Of a stretch of 64,000 bases of DNA, positions 12,324 through 22,410 are shown in pieces. Source of the DNA: an uncultured Candidatus Rokubacteria bacterium (lineage in GTDB: Bacteria > Methylomirabilota > Methylomirabilia > Rokubacteriales > DASRDR01); assembly GCA_963826115.1 (NCBI GenBank), contig CAWGVS010000012.1:128001-192000 (forward strand). The letters are read 5' to 3'. A program made the position numbers and the translations under genes. The stretch's first letter is position 1. Each line of letters starts with the position of its first letter. Below the pieces are notes generated by a model. It was given only the letters and a program-made list of their open reading frames with translations, had not been told where the DNA came from and ran no database searches.

Positions 12324-13629
12324 GGTCGTAGCCGTCGACCTCGACGATCTCCACGGGGAGGCGACGGCCGGGGGCGAGGATCCGGTCGCGCAGGTACACG
12401 ACGCCGTCGATCTCCGGCGCCTGCGCTGCCGTCCGGCCCTCCCAGGCGAAGGCGGGATCCTCGCTCGGTCCGTCCACCAGCACCTCGTGAACGGAGCCGA
12501 GGAGCGCGGCCTGGCGGTCCCAGGCGAGGCGGTCCTGCGTCTCCTGAACCAGGCGGGCTCGCTCCTCGGCCACGTCGGCCGGCACTGGGTCGGGCAGCGT
12601 GGCGGCCGGCGTCCCCTCCTCCGCGGAGTAGACGAAGCTCCCCACCCGGTCGAAGCGCGCCTCGTCGAGGAAGGCGAGGAGCCCCTCGAACGCGGCCTCG
12701 GTCTCGCCCGGGAAGCCGACGAGCACCGTCGTGCGGAGGGTGGCGTCCGGGATCGCGTCCCGCAGCGCGCCGACGATCTCCATCATCCGCCGCCGCGTCA
12801 CGCCGCGCCGCATCGCGCGGAGGATCCCGTCGTCGGCGTGCTGGATCGGCATGTCCACGTAGGGAAGCGCGCGGGCCCGCCCGAGCTTCCGGAGGAGCGT
12901 GTCCGTGATGTGCGCCGGATGGAGATAGAGGTAGCGGAGCCACGGGACCGTCGTCTCGCCGAGCGCCACGAGGAGATCGCCGAAGTCCGGACGGCCCGGC
13001 CCGCCGGGGAGGTCCTTGCCCCACGCGAGCGTGTCCTGGGAGACGAGGACCACTTCCTGGACGCCGTCTCGCGCGAGCGCCTCGACCTCGGTCACGACGT
13101 CGGCGAGCGGCCGGCTCCGGTGACGCCCGCGCATCATCGGGATCGCGCAGAAGGTGCAGCCCATGTTGCAGCCCTCGGCGATCTTGACGTACGCGTACGG
13201 CACGCGGCCGAGGCGCACCCGCGGCGCGTCGGCGCGGTACACGTAGCCGGGCGGCGCGCCGGCCACCCACGCGTCGCGCGCGTCGAGCCGGCGGACCACG
13301 TCCACGATGCGCGGGAGCTCCCCGGTGCCGACCAGGGCGTCGACCTCCGGCAGCTCCGCCAGGAGCTCGGCGCCGTACCGCTGGGGGAGACACCCGGTGA
13401 CCACCAGGCGGCGCCCCGGCACCCGCGCCTTCCACGCCGTCAGCTCGAGGATCGTGTCGATCGACTCCTGCTTGGCCCGGTCGATGAACGCGCAGGTGTT
13501 GACCACGACGCAGTCGGCGGCCTCCGCCTCGTCGACGGGAGCCACCCCGTCCTGCTGGAGGAGCCCCAGCATGAGCTCCCCGTCGACCTGGTTCTTCGGG
13601 CAGCCGAGGCTCACGAGGTGGACGTTCAT
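12298..13629 (-). CDS. rimO: Ribosomal protein S12 methylthiotransferase
   Basis: SLGCPKNQVD, radical SAM KIAEGCNMGCTFCAIP, APEIDG TRAM region. Confidence 0.95.
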   Translation of the reverse strand: MNVHLVSLGCPKNQVDGELMLGLLQQDGVAPVDEAEAADCVVVNTCAFIDRAKQESIDTILELTAWKARVPGRRLVVTGCLPQRYGAELLAELPEVDALVGTGELPRIVDVVRRLDARDAWVAGAPPGYVYRADAPRVRLGRVPYAYVKIAEGCNMGCTFCAIPMMRGRHRSRPLADVVTEVEALARDGVQEVVLVSQDTLAWGKDLPGGPGRPDFGDLLVALGETTVPWLRYLYLHPAHITDTLLRKLGRARALPYVDMPIQHADDGILRAMRRGVTRRRMMEIVGALRDAIPDATLRTTVLVGFPGETEAAFEGLLAFLDEARFDRVGSFVYSAEEGTPAATLPDPVPADVAEERARLVQETQDRLAWDRQAALLGSVHEVLVDGPSEDPAFAWEGRTAAQAPEIDGVVYLRDRILAPGRRLPVEIVEVDGYDLVGTAARR

Positions 13630-13688
13630 GGCAGACGTCGAGTATAGCATCGGGCCTGCGGGCGCCCGGCCGCGCGCGCGGAGGCGCG

Positions 13689-14471
13689 TCAGTCCGGCCG
13701 GACGGCCACGCAGACGGTCAGGTAGCCGTGCCGCCGGACGGCCGGGACCCGACGGTACAGCCAGGCGAACAGGCGGACCGCCGGCGCGACGACGCCCGCG
13801 AGGCGGGAGCGCCGCGTGTGGAGCCACAGATCCAGCATCCGGAGCCAGCCCGGGATGAACAGGATCCCGGTGCGCGCGGTGACGTGGAACCCCGCCCCCT
13901 CCAGGAGTCGCTGGAGGGCCTTCGGGGTGAACGACTTCTCCATCCCGTAGCCGTAGAGGCCGACGAGGTTCAGCACATGCACCAGGAGCGGGCGGAGGAA
14001 CGGGTCGAGCTTGTTCGGGACGCCGACGATCGCGACGCCGCCCGGCGCGAGGACGCGGAAGATCTCGCGCACCGCCTGGGCGTACTCGGGAAAGTGCTCG
14101 ATCGTTCCCATCGAGTAGACGGCGTCGACCGAACGCTCGCGGAGCGGGATCGCGCGCACGTCCCCGACCACGAAGCCCGGGCGATGGCCGCGGAGGACCC
14201 GCCGGGCCTCACGCACGACGTCGATGGACACGTCGACGCCCATCGGGCTCGCGCCGCGCTCGGCCGCCCACCGGAGAATCTCGGTGTTCTTCGCCTCGTC
14301 CCAGAGGTCGGTCTTGAAGACGACGAGGTCGGCGAGCTTGGGGAGGTAGGTCTCGAAGAGCCAGCGCTCGCAGTCGAAGTAGTAGGCCGTCGACACCGCG
14401 CCCTTGAGCGAGGGGAAGTGGGCGCCGACGTCGTCCCAGAAGGTGGGCGGATCCCCGGTGGCGGGCCCCAT
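13689..14471 (-). CDS. Class I SAM-dependent methyltransferase
   Basis: GVDVS, VGDVRAIP, DAVYSMGTIEH, EIFRVLAPGG. Confidence 0.8.
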   Translation of the reverse strand: MGPATGDPPTFWDDVGAHFPSLKGAVSTAYYFDCERWLFETYLPKLADLVVFKTDLWDEAKNTEILRWAAERGASPMGVDVSIDVVREARRVLRGHRPGFVVGDVRAIPLRERSVDAVYSMGTIEHFPEYAQAVREIFRVLAPGGVAIVGVPNKLDPFLRPLLVHVLNLVGLYGYGMEKSFTPKALQRLLEGAGFHVTARTGILFIPGWLRMLDLWLHTRRSRLAGVVAPAVRLFAWLYRRVPAVRRHGYLTVCVAVRPD

Positions 14472-14556
14472 CGCGCCCTACCTTGCCACAGTCGCCGCCG
14501 GACCGCGAGACCCATTAACCCTACCTAAAAGGCGGGGTCCCGTGCTCCGGCGATGG

Positions 14557-14848
14557 CTACCGTCGTAGCCGCGTGATGCTGACGGCCGACACCGGCCGCG
14601 AGAAGCCCTTGAGCGGGATCTCCCCGAGCGGCTCGGTCTCGACCAGCGCGTCGAGCGTCGCCAGCACGCGAGCCGCGGCGAGGATCTGGCCGCCCCGTAG
14701 GACGAGGACGCGCGCGCCCGCGTCCATGACCCGACCCTCGGTCAGGAGGGCGAGCGCGAGCGGCCCGCAGGCCAGGGCGAGACACGCCGCGAGGCGCGAC
14801 CAGACGCGAGCGCTGGGACCCCGAGAGGACGGCGTCGCTCGTCTCCAT
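14557..14848 (-). pseudogene. Possible remnant or mini-gene: TM segment plus C-terminal fragment resembling class III nucleotide cyclases
   Basis: Frame ending at TAG 14557 reads LAACLALACGPLALALL...GGQILAAARV...VETEPLGEIPLKGFSRPVSAV; ATG 14848 is in another frame; minus-strand TATAAT at 14925-14920. Confidence 0.4.
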
Positions 14849-14952
14849 CCGGCCCCGGGGGACCGAAGGTCGCCCTGGGCCGGCTCGATCTGGTTCCGGA
14901 CGGGCCAGAAAGCCGCGTCATTATAGCGCCGGGAAGACCGACCGCCGCGCCC

Positions 14953-14981
14953 TTGACACCTGGAGCGCGGCCGACTAACGT
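14953..14981 (+). promoter_or_regulatory. Sigma70 promoter of trp leader/operon
   Basis: TTGACA (14953-14958)-N17-TAACGT (14976-14981). Confidence 0.75.
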
Positions 14982-14991
14982 GCAGGGCACC

Positions 14992-15090
14992 ATGCGACGC
15001 AGCGACGCGGCGTCTCTTCGGTCCATCGGACAGCGCTGGTGGTCGTGGTGCTGGTGGCGCCCCTCTGGGGAGGGAACCGGACCCGCGTAG
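14992..15090 (+). CDS. trpL: trp operon leader peptide (32 aa, MRRSDAASLRSIGQRWWSWCWWRPSGEGTGPA)
   Basis: Five TGG codons in seven consecutive codons, just after a promoter and before an attenuator terminator and trpE. Confidence 0.88.
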   Translation: MRRSDAASLRSIGQRWWSWCWWRPSGEGTGPA

Positions 15091-15121
15091 CGATCATCGG
15101 CGTAGCAAGCAGGAAAAAGTC

Positions 15122-15171
15122 GGAGCCGAGGTGAGCGGGACGGTCCCCGCGAGCCCCGGCTCTTTTGGTTT
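15122..15171 (+). terminator. Attenuator intrinsic terminator upstream of trpE
   Basis: GAGCCG (15123-15128) pairs with CGGCTC (15157-15162), followed by TTTTGGTTT. Confidence 0.75.
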
Positions 15172-15228
15172 CCACGAGGCGTCGAGACGACCCGCCGGCC
15201 AGGCTGGCCGGGGTGGGAGGAGCCGTCG

Positions 15229-16731
15229 ATGTCGAGTCGTGCCGAGTCGTCACTCACGTCCGCCCCGGGCGGACGGGCCGTCCGAGGCGGGGCGCCCAAC
15301 GTCCTGCCCGTCTCGCGGGAGCTCCTCGCCGATCTCGAGACCCCGATCTCCGCCTACCTCCGCCTCCGGGACCGCCCGTCGAGCTTCCTCCTGGAGAGCG
15401 TGGAGGGGCCGGAGCAGGTGGCCCGGTTCTCCGTGCTCGGCGGAGACCCCCGACTCGTCCTGGAGTGCGACGGCACGGAGGTCCGCGTCCTCCGGCCCGA
15501 CGGCAGCGTGATCGAGCGGGGGCGGCCCCTCGAGACGGTGGCGCGCTACCTCGGGCGCTATCGCGCCGCACGCGACCCCGAGCTGCCGCCGTTCACGGGA
15601 GGCTTCCTCGGCTACCTCGCGTACGACGCGATCCGGCTCTGGGAGCGCCTTCCCGATCGGCCACCCGACGACCTCGGCCTCCCGGTGTTCCGCCTGGCGC
15701 TGATGGACACGATCGTCGCCTTCGACCACCGCCGCCACACGATGCGCATCGTCGCGAACGCGTTCCTCGACGAGGACGGCGGCGCGGAGGCGGCCCAGGC
15801 GCGCGCGCACGAACGGATCGACCAGGTGCTCGACCGGCTGCAGGGGCCCCGGCCCGCCGAGCCATCGGCGGTCGCGACGGCGCTGTCCCCCCGGTCCAAC
15901 TGGACGCCCGAGACCTACTGCGCGGCCGTGGAGCGCGCTCAGGCGCACATCCGCGCCGGCGACATCTACCAGGTCATCCTCTCGCAGCGCTTCGCCACGC
16001 CGGTGCCCGGGCTCGACCCCCTCGCGATCTACCGGGCGCTCCGCGTGGTCAATCCCTCGCCGTACATGTTCCTCCTCGACGCCGGCGACGGCGCGACCCT
16101 GGTGGGCTCGTCGCCCGAGCGGCTGGTCCGCGAGGAGGACGGCCGGATCGAGATGCGCCCGCTCGCGGGGACGCGCCCGCGCGGCCGTGACCGGGACGAG
16201 GACGAGGCCCACGCGCGCGAGCTCCTCGCCGACCCCAAGGAGCGCGCCGAGCACGTGATGCTGGTCGATCTCACGCGGAACGACGTGGGGCGGGTCGCGC
16301 GATACGGGTCGGTCCGCGTGAGCGAGCTCCTGACGATCGAGCGCTACTCGCACGTGATGCACCTCGTCTCGCACGTCGAGGGCGCGCTCGCCCCCGGCCG
16401 GTCGGCGTGGGAGGTGCTCCAGGCGGTGTTCCCGCACGGCACCGTCAGCGGGGCGCCGAAGGTGCGGGCGATGGAGATCATCGACGCGCTCGAGCCCGTG
16501 GCCCGCGGGCCGTACGCGGGCTGCGTCGGCTACTTCGGCTTCGACGGCTCCCTCAACACCGCGATCACGATCCGCACCGTCCTCGTCCGGAACGGCACCG
16601 CCTACGTCCAGGCGGGCGCGGGCGTGGTCTACGACTCGGTGCCGGAGCGGGAGCAGGAGGAGTGCGTCGCCAAGGCGCGGGCGCTCATGGCCGCCATCGA
16701 GCGGGCCGGGCGGACCGGCGGGAGGCCGTGA
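15229..16731 (+). CDS. trpE: Anthranilate synthase component I
   Basis: [61 protein letters not shown]. Confidence 0.95.
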   Translation: MSSRAESSLTSAPGGRAVRGGAPNVLPVSRELLADLETPISAYLRLRDRPSSFLLESVEGPEQVARFSVLGGDPRLVLECDGTEVRVLRPDGSVIERGRPLETVARYLGRYRAARDPELPPFTGGFLGYLAYDAIRLWERLPDRPPDDLGLPVFRLALMDTIVAFDHRRHTMRIVANAFLDEDGGAEAAQARAHERIDQVLDRLQGPRPAEPSAVATALSPRSNWTPETYCAAVERAQAHIRAGDIYQVILSQRFATPVPGLDPLAIYRALRVVNPSPYMFLLDAGDGATLVGSSPERLVREEDGRIEMRPLAGTRPRGRDRDEDEAHARELLADPKERAEHVMLVDLTRNDVGRVARYGSVRVSELLTIERYSHVMHLVSHVEGALAPGRSAWEVLQAVFPHGTVSGAPKVRAMEIIDALEPVARGPYAGCVGYFGFDGSLNTAITIRTVLVRNGTAYVQAGAGVVYDSVPEREQEECVAKARALMAAIERAGRTGGRP

Positions 16732-17345
16732 TGCTGTTGATGATCGACAACTACGATTCCTTCACCTACAACCTCGTCCAGTACCTCGGCGAGCTGGGCG
16801 CCGAGCTCTCCGTGTACCGGAACGACGCGATCACGGTGGACGAGGCCGAGCGGCTCGCCCCCGCGGGCATCGTCGTGTCGCCGGGCCCCGGGACGCCGCG
16901 CGACGCGGGTGTGTCGATGCCGCTCATCCAGCGCTGCGCCGAGCGTGTCCCGATCCTCGGGGTCTGCCTCGGCCACCAGGCGATCGGCGAGGTCTTCGGC
17001 GGGGTCGTCGAGCGCGCCCCGGTGCCGGTCCACGGGAAGACGGCCCTGATCCACCACGACGGTCGCGGCGTCTTCGCGGGCCTGCCGAGCCCGTTCGAGG
17101 CGACCCGGTACCACTCGCTCGTCGTCCGGCGCGCCGGCCTGCCGGCGTGCCTCGAGGTCTCGGCCGAGAGCGAGGACGGGCTCGTGATGGGGCTCCGCCA
17201 CCGCGCGTTCCCCGTCGAGGGCGTCCAGTTCCACCCGGAGTCGATCCTGACCGCGTCGGGGAAGGCGCTCCTCGGCAACTTCCTCGCCCGGCTCGGCGAG
17301 CCGGAGCCGGCGGGCGCGGGGCGCGACGCCCCGAGGGGCGAGTGA
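16731..17345 (+). CDS. trpG: Anthranilate synthase component II (glutamine amidotransferase)
   Basis: [37 protein letters not shown]; overlaps trpE stop. Confidence 0.93.
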   Translation: MLLMIDNYDSFTYNLVQYLGELGAELSVYRNDAITVDEAERLAPAGIVVSPGPGTPRDAGVSMPLIQRCAERVPILGVCLGHQAIGEVFGGVVERAPVPVHGKTALIHHDGRGVFAGLPSPFEATRYHSLVVRRAGLPACLEVSAESEDGLVMGLRHRAFPVEGVQFHPESILTASGKALLGNFLARLGEPEPAGAGRDAPRGE

Positions 17346-18379
17346 TGGCGGTCGGGAGCGGGCCGCCGGGCGCGCCGCGGCGGCCCCGCGTCTTCAGCGG
17401 CATCCAGCCGTCGGGGGACGTCCACCTCGGGAACTACCTCGGCGCCATCAAGCGGTGGGTCGACGGGCAGCTCGACAAGGAGAACTACTTCTGCGTCGTG
17501 GACCTCCACTCGCTCACGGTGCCCCAGGACCCGGAGACCCTCCGGCGCCAGACCCGCTCGCTCGCGGCGCTCCTCCTGGCCGCGGGCCTCGACCCCGCCC
17601 AGTGCACGCTGTTCGTCCAGAGCCACGTGACCGCGCACGCGGAGGCCTGCTGGCTCCTGAACTGCGTGACGCCGCTCGGCTGGCTCCACCGGATGACGCA
17701 GTACAAGGACCGGGCCGCCCGCCAGGAGTCCGTCGGCGCGGGGCTCCTCGACTACCCGGTGCTGATGGCCGCCGACATCCTCCTCTACGACACCGACGAG
17801 GTGCCGGTGGGCGAGGACCAGCAGCAGCACGTCGAGCTCGCGCGCGACATTGCCGAGCGGTTCAATCGCCTCCACGGCGAGACCTTCGTCCTGCCGACCG
17901 CGGTGATCCCGACCGCCGGCGCCCGCGTGATGGGGCTCGACGACCCGACGGTCAAGATGTCCAAGAGCCAGGCCCACGCGCCCGGCCACGCGATCCGGAT
18001 CCTCGACGACCCGGACGTGATCCGCCGCGCGGTCTCGCGGGCGGTGACGGACTCGGGCAAGGAGATCCGCTTCTCGGACGACCCCGCCCGCGCGGGCGTG
18101 ACCAACCTCCTCGGGATCTATCAGGCCATCACGGACAAGAGCGAGCGGTCGGTGCAGGCGGACTTCGCCGACGCCCGCGGGTACGGCGACCTGAAGCGGC
18201 GCGTCGCCGACGTGATCGTCGGGGTCCTGGCGCCGATCCGGGAGCGCCACACCGAGCTGATGGCGGACCCCGCGGAGCTCGACCGGCTCCTCGCGCGCGG
18301 CGCGGAGCGGGCCCGCGCGGTCGCCGGGCCGAAGGTCGACGAGATGAAGCGGCGGATGGGCCTGATCCTGCCGGCGTGA
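17345..18379 (+). CDS. trpS: Tryptophan--tRNA ligase
   Basis: SGIQPSGDVHLGNYLGA, YPVLMAADILLY, VPVGEDQ, KMSKS. Confidence 0.97.
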   Translation: MAVGSGPPGAPRRPRVFSGIQPSGDVHLGNYLGAIKRWVDGQLDKENYFCVVDLHSLTVPQDPETLRRQTRSLAALLLAAGLDPAQCTLFVQSHVTAHAEACWLLNCVTPLGWLHRMTQYKDRAARQESVGAGLLDYPVLMAADILLYDTDEVPVGEDQQQHVELARDIAERFNRLHGETFVLPTAVIPTAGARVMGLDDPTVKMSKSQAHAPGHAIRILDDPDVIRRAVSRAVTDSGKEIRFSDDPARAGVTNLLGIYQAITDKSERSVQADFADARGYGDLKRRVADVIVGVLAPIRERHTELMADPAELDRLLARGAERARAVAGPKVDEMKRRMGLILPA

Positions 18380-18416
18380 GCGCGCCCGACTGGGCGGCCG
18401 GGGGCGAGCGGCGGGG

Positions 18417-18917
18417 CTACTCCGTGCGGTAGTTCGTGAACTGCATCTCGATCCCCAGGTCCTTCTCGCGGAGCAACTTGATCACGGCCTGGAGGTCGTC
18501 GCGGTTCTTGCCGAACACGCGGACGTGGTCCTCCTGGATCTGGGACTGGACCTTGAGCTTGGTGTCCTTGATGAGGCGCACGATCTCCTTGGCCTTCTCC
18601 ATCGGGATGCCCTGCTGGACGTCGATCTTCTGCCGCACCGTCCCGCCCGCCGCCGGCTCGACCGTCCCGTAAACCAGCGCCTTGAGCGGGACGCCCCGCC
18701 GGTGGAGCTTCGACTGGAGCACGTCAAGGACCTGCTTCAGGACGTAGTCGTTGTCGGTGTGGACCGTGATCGCGTCCTTCTCGAGACCGAGCTCGGTCTT
18801 GGTCTGCTTCAGGTCGTAGCGCGTCTGCACGTCGCGCGTCGCCTGGTGGACCGCGTCGGTGACCGCCTGGGGGTCCACCTTGCACGCCACGTCGAACGAG
18901 TTGTCACCCTTGGCCAT
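18417..18917 (-). CDS. yajQ: YajQ family nucleotide/c-di-GMP-binding protein
   Basis: [37 protein letters not shown]. Confidence 0.93.
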   Translation of the reverse strand: MAKGDNSFDVACKVDPQAVTDAVHQATRDVQTRYDLKQTKTELGLEKDAITVHTDNDYVLKQVLDVLQSKLHRRGVPLKALVYGTVEPAAGGTVRQKIDVQQGIPMEKAKEIVRLIKDTKLKVQSQIQEDHVRVFGKNRDDLQAVIKLLREKDLGIEMQFTNYRTE

Positions 18918-18932
18918 GGTTCCCTCCCGGCG

Positions 18933-19637
18933 TCAATGCTGGACGACGGCGACCCCCGGCGGCGGCACGAACACGAACAGGGAGTCGGCGAGCCCCGAGT
19001 TCACCACGACGTCCCCGAACCGCACGCTCACGGTGTTCGCGAGCTCGTCGTGGACGACCGCCTGCCGCACGAGCCAGGTCTTGGGGTCAACGGAGACGAT
19101 CAGGCGCGCGAGCAGGGGCTGCGGCTTCCGGGGGATGAGGTCGAGGACCACCAGCCCCTCCGCGTCGGTCGGCTGCGCGGGGTTGAGGAAGCGCGCGTCG
19201 AAGTGCTCCCGTACCTGCCCGAGCCCCTGCAGGAAGCTCCCGGCGGGGCCGGCGAGGGCAGCCGGCGCGGCGCTCACGTTCACCTGCTTGAGCTCCGGCG
19301 TGTAGATCCAGAGCCGGGTGCCGTCCGACACGATCTGCTGGGGCGTCGGCGTCTGGTACTCCCAGCGGAGCCGGCCGGGCTTCTTGAGGTAGAGCGTGCC
19401 GCGGGCGTCGATGGTCTGGTTGAGCATCTTGTTGTGGGCCAACTGCCGGAACGGCGCCTTGAGGTCCGTCACGCGCCGCTGGGCCTGCTCGAGGGCGGCC
19501 AAGGCCTCGTCGAGCGTCAGGGCCGCCGCGGGCGCGGGCCGGAGCGCCAGGACGCCGGCGAAGGCCAACACCAGACACAGCGCGAAGGTACCGAAGCGCG
19601 TCACGGCAAGCGGGGCGGGGCCGGCCGGAGCCGGCAT
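18933..19637 (-). CDS. lolA: Outer-membrane lipoprotein carrier protein
   Basis: Signal peptide; GTLYLKKPGRLRWEY, IVSDG..LWIY.PELKQV, FVFVPPPGV; near ftsK. Confidence 0.88.
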   Translation of the reverse strand: MPAPAGPAPLAVTRFGTFALCLVLAFAGVLALRPAPAAALTLDEALAALEQAQRRVTDLKAPFRQLAHNKMLNQTIDARGTLYLKKPGRLRWEYQTPTPQQIVSDGTRLWIYTPELKQVNVSAAPAALAGPAGSFLQGLGQVREHFDARFLNPAQPTDAEGLVVLDLIPRKPQPLLARLIVSVDPKTWLVRQAVVHDELANTVSVRFGDVVVNSGLADSLFVFVPPPGVAVVQH

Positions 19638-19642
19638 TGGAT

Positions 19643-19975
19643 CTAGAGCCCGAGCTCCTCGAGGGCCTCGACGATGACGGCCTTCGATGCCAGGTGGACG
19701 TCGTTCAGGTGAATGAGGTAGCCGGAGAGCCCGTCGGGGAGCTGGAAGGGGATCTCGCACTTCCGGCACCACTCCTGCCGGGTCGGGATCTCGATCCGAT
19801 AGGTCTGGATCACCCAGCGCAGCAGCTGGCTCTCGCGGCGCACCCCCACCCGCTGGGTCGGCACGCCGAAGGCCTCCTCGAACATCTGCGCGACGGCGCA
19901 CGCGCGGTCGCCGTCGGTCAGCCGACCGAACGCCTGCGGCCGCGTGCTCTGTCGTAGAAACTCGCTGAGCTTCAT
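19643..19975 (-). CDS. Small hypothetical protein, possible Zn-binding (CxxC...HLNDxH)
   Basis: Fills ftsK-lolA gap; RBS-like TAAGGA before ATG 19975; non-shadow amino-acid composition. Confidence 0.7.
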   Translation of the reverse strand: MKLSEFLRQSTRPQAFGRLTDGDRACAVAQMFEEAFGVPTQRVGVRRESQLLRWVIQTYRIEIPTRQEWCRKCEIPFQLPDGLSGYLIHLNDVHLASKAVIVEALEELGL

Positions 19976-20121
19976 CGCGTTCCTTACCATGCCCGACCGG
20001 CCCGGGCACTGTCAACAGTCTGAGCCGCTTCGGCGCGTGTCACTCTGGCATTCCGCACGGTATACCACCCGTCGTGGGCGCGTAACAAACGAGCCCTGCG
20101 GCGAGGGTTCCGCGGCCGGCG

Positions 20122-22410
20122 TCAGTGGGAGGCGGAGCGGCGCAGCAGGTACTCGGGGCCGACCAGGATCTGGCGCGGCTTGGCGCCGTCGCCCGGACCG
20201 ATGATGCGGTCCTGCTCCATGAGGTCGATGAAGCGCGCGGCCTTCGGGTAGCCGAGGCCCATGCGCCGCTGGATGAAGCTGATCGACGCCTGCTTCTGGC
20301 TCACGATCAGCTCGACGGCGCGCCAGTAGATGTCGTCGCGGTCGTCCTCGCCGCCGCCCCCGTTGCCCCCGCCCCGCTCGTCGCGGATGGGCTTGACCAG
20401 ACCCTCCTCGAAGACCGCCTGGCCCTGCTCCTTGAGGAAGCGGACCACCTCGCGGACCTCGGCCTCGGAGACCCACGCCCCGTGGATCCGGACCGGGCGG
20501 GAGGTCGCGGGCGGCACGAAGAGCATGTCGCCGCGGCCGATGAGCTGCTCGGCGCCGTTCTGGTCGAGAATGGTGCGCGAGTCCACCTTCGACGCCGCCT
20601 GGAAGGCGATCCGCGCCGGGAAGTTCGCCTTGATGAGGCCCGTGATCACGTCGACCGAGGGCCGCTGCGTCGCGATGATCAGGTGGATCCCCACCGCGCG
20701 GGCGATCTGCGCCAGCCGCGCGAGCGAGGTCTCCACCTCCCCGGCCGAGACCATCATCAGGTCGGCCAGCTCGTCCACGATGATGATCCAGTAGGGCAGC
20801 CGCTCGGCCGGCTCGACCGCCTGGTTGTACCCCTCGATGTTCCGGACCGACTTCTCCGCGAGGAGCTTGTAGCGATCGTCCATCCGCCCGACGATCCACC
20901 GGAGGCGGGAGGCCGCTTCCTTCGCGTCGGTCACGACCGGCGCCAGGAGGTGCGGCACGCCCTCGTACATCCCGAGCTCCAGGCGCTTGGGATCGATCAT
21001 GAGGAGGCGCGCCTCGGCGGGGGTGCGACGGAAGAGGATCGAGCAGATCATCGCGTTGAGCCCGGCCGACTTGCCGGCCCCCGTCGCCCCCGCGACGAGG
21101 AGGTGCGGCATCGACGCGAGGTCTGCGACGGCCGGCTGGCCGATCGCGTCGCGCCCGAGCGCGAGGGCCAGCGGGGCCTTCGATTCCTTGAACTCCTTCG
21201 AGAGGAGGATCTCGCGGAGAGACACGGTGGACGGCTCCGGATTCGGCACCTCGATGGCGACGCTCCCCCGCCCCGGCACCGGCCCGAAGACGCGCACCGC
21301 GCCGGCCTTCATCGCGAGCGCGAGGTCGTCCGCCAGGTTCACGACCTGGTTCACCTTGATCCCGGGGCCGGGCTCGAACTCGTAGCCGGTGATCACCGGG
21401 CCCGGGTTGATCCGCGCGATGTGGCCCTTCACGCCGAAGTCCTCGAGACGCTTCCGGAGGTGCTCGGCGTTCTGGCGGAGCTCCTCCTCGCTCTCCGTGC
21501 GGCGCGTCGCGCTGGCCACCGGGGCCTTGAGGAGCGACACGGGCGGCAGCTGGAACGTCGCGCCCGGGTGCGCGAACCCGAAGAGCTCCTGCTTCGCGCG
21601 GCGGCCGTCCGCCGAGCGGGATCGCTCCTCGCTCGCGCCGGCCCGATCCGCGGGCGGCCGGGGCGGCCGGTCCTCGCCGCGGGCGCGGGCCCGTTCCGGC
21701 GGCCGCTCCGCGGGAGCCGGCGACGACGCGGCCAGCTCGGGGTGCACGGCGATGGCGGGCGCCGGCGGAGCCGGGCGAGGCTCGACCAGGACGGGCGCCG
21801 GCGGCGCGGGCGCCACGGACGCCGCGGCGCGAGCCGCCGGCCGGCGGCTCCGGTCGAACCGCACGAGGGCGGCGAGGCGCGCGAACAGCGTCCGCGAGAG
21901 GCCCGCGTACGACGCCTGCGTCAGACAGAGGCCCGCGACGGCCATCAGCGTGAGGAGTAGCACCAGCCCCCCGACGTCGCCGAGCGTGCGGCGAAGGACA
22001 CCGGCGACGGCCCAGCCGAGCCAGCCGCCTCGGTGGAGCCAGACGCCGCCCGTCGGGCCCGAGAGCCGCGCCAGGAGCCCGGTCACCGCCAGCAGCCCGA
22101 GCGTCCCCCCGACGACGATCGAGAGCGTCCCGATGGCGATCGGCCGCGTGAAGGCCGCGAAGGCCCACACCATCAGCACGACGGGCACGAGGTAGGCAGC
22201 ATAGCCGACAGTCGTGAAGAGCGCCCATCCCACCCAGAGCCCCACGATCCCGACCCGCCCCCCCTGGTCGACCCAGCGGAGAGCGGGATCGTAGGACAGG
22301 AGCGCGACGCTCAGATAGGCGGCGAGGCCGAGCGCGACGACGCCCTGGGCTTCCCGGAGCCACCGGGCCGCGAGCTGCGGCTTGGCCGGCCGGGCCTTCG
22401 CCTTCGCCAT
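20122..22410 (-). CDS. ftsK: DNA translocase FtsK
   Basis: N-terminal TM domain, MPHLLVAGATGAGKS, IIVDELADLMM, ATQRPSVDVITG, gamma domain ASISFIQRR. Confidence 0.97.
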   Translation of the reverse strand: MAKAKARPAKPQLAARWLREAQGVVALGLAAYLSVALLSYDPALRWVDQGGRVGIVGLWVGWALFTTVGYAAYLVPVVLMVWAFAAFTRPIAIGTLSIVVGGTLGLLAVTGLLARLSGPTGGVWLHRGGWLGWAVAGVLRRTLGDVGGLVLLLTLMAVAGLCLTQASYAGLSRTLFARLAALVRFDRSRRPAARAAASVAPAPPAPVLVEPRPAPPAPAIAVHPELAASSPAPAERPPERARARGEDRPPRPPADRAGASEERSRSADGRRAKQELFGFAHPGATFQLPPVSLLKAPVASATRRTESEEELRQNAEHLRKRLEDFGVKGHIARINPGPVITGYEFEPGPGIKVNQVVNLADDLALAMKAGAVRVFGPVPGRGSVAIEVPNPEPSTVSLREILLSKEFKESKAPLALALGRDAIGQPAVADLASMPHLLVAGATGAGKSAGLNAMICSILFRRTPAEARLLMIDPKRLELGMYEGVPHLLAPVVTDAKEAASRLRWIVGRMDDRYKLLAEKSVRNIEGYNQAVEPAERLPYWIIIVDELADLMMVSAGEVETSLARLAQIARAVGIHLIIATQRPSVDVITGLIKANFPARIAFQAASKVDSRTILDQNGAEQLIGRGDMLFVPPATSRPVRIHGAWVSEAEVREVVRFLKEQGQAVFEEGLVKPIRDERGGGNGGGGEDDRDDIYWRAVELIVSQKQASISFIQRRMGLGYPKAARFIDLMEQDRIIGPGDGAKPRQILVGPEYLLRRSASH

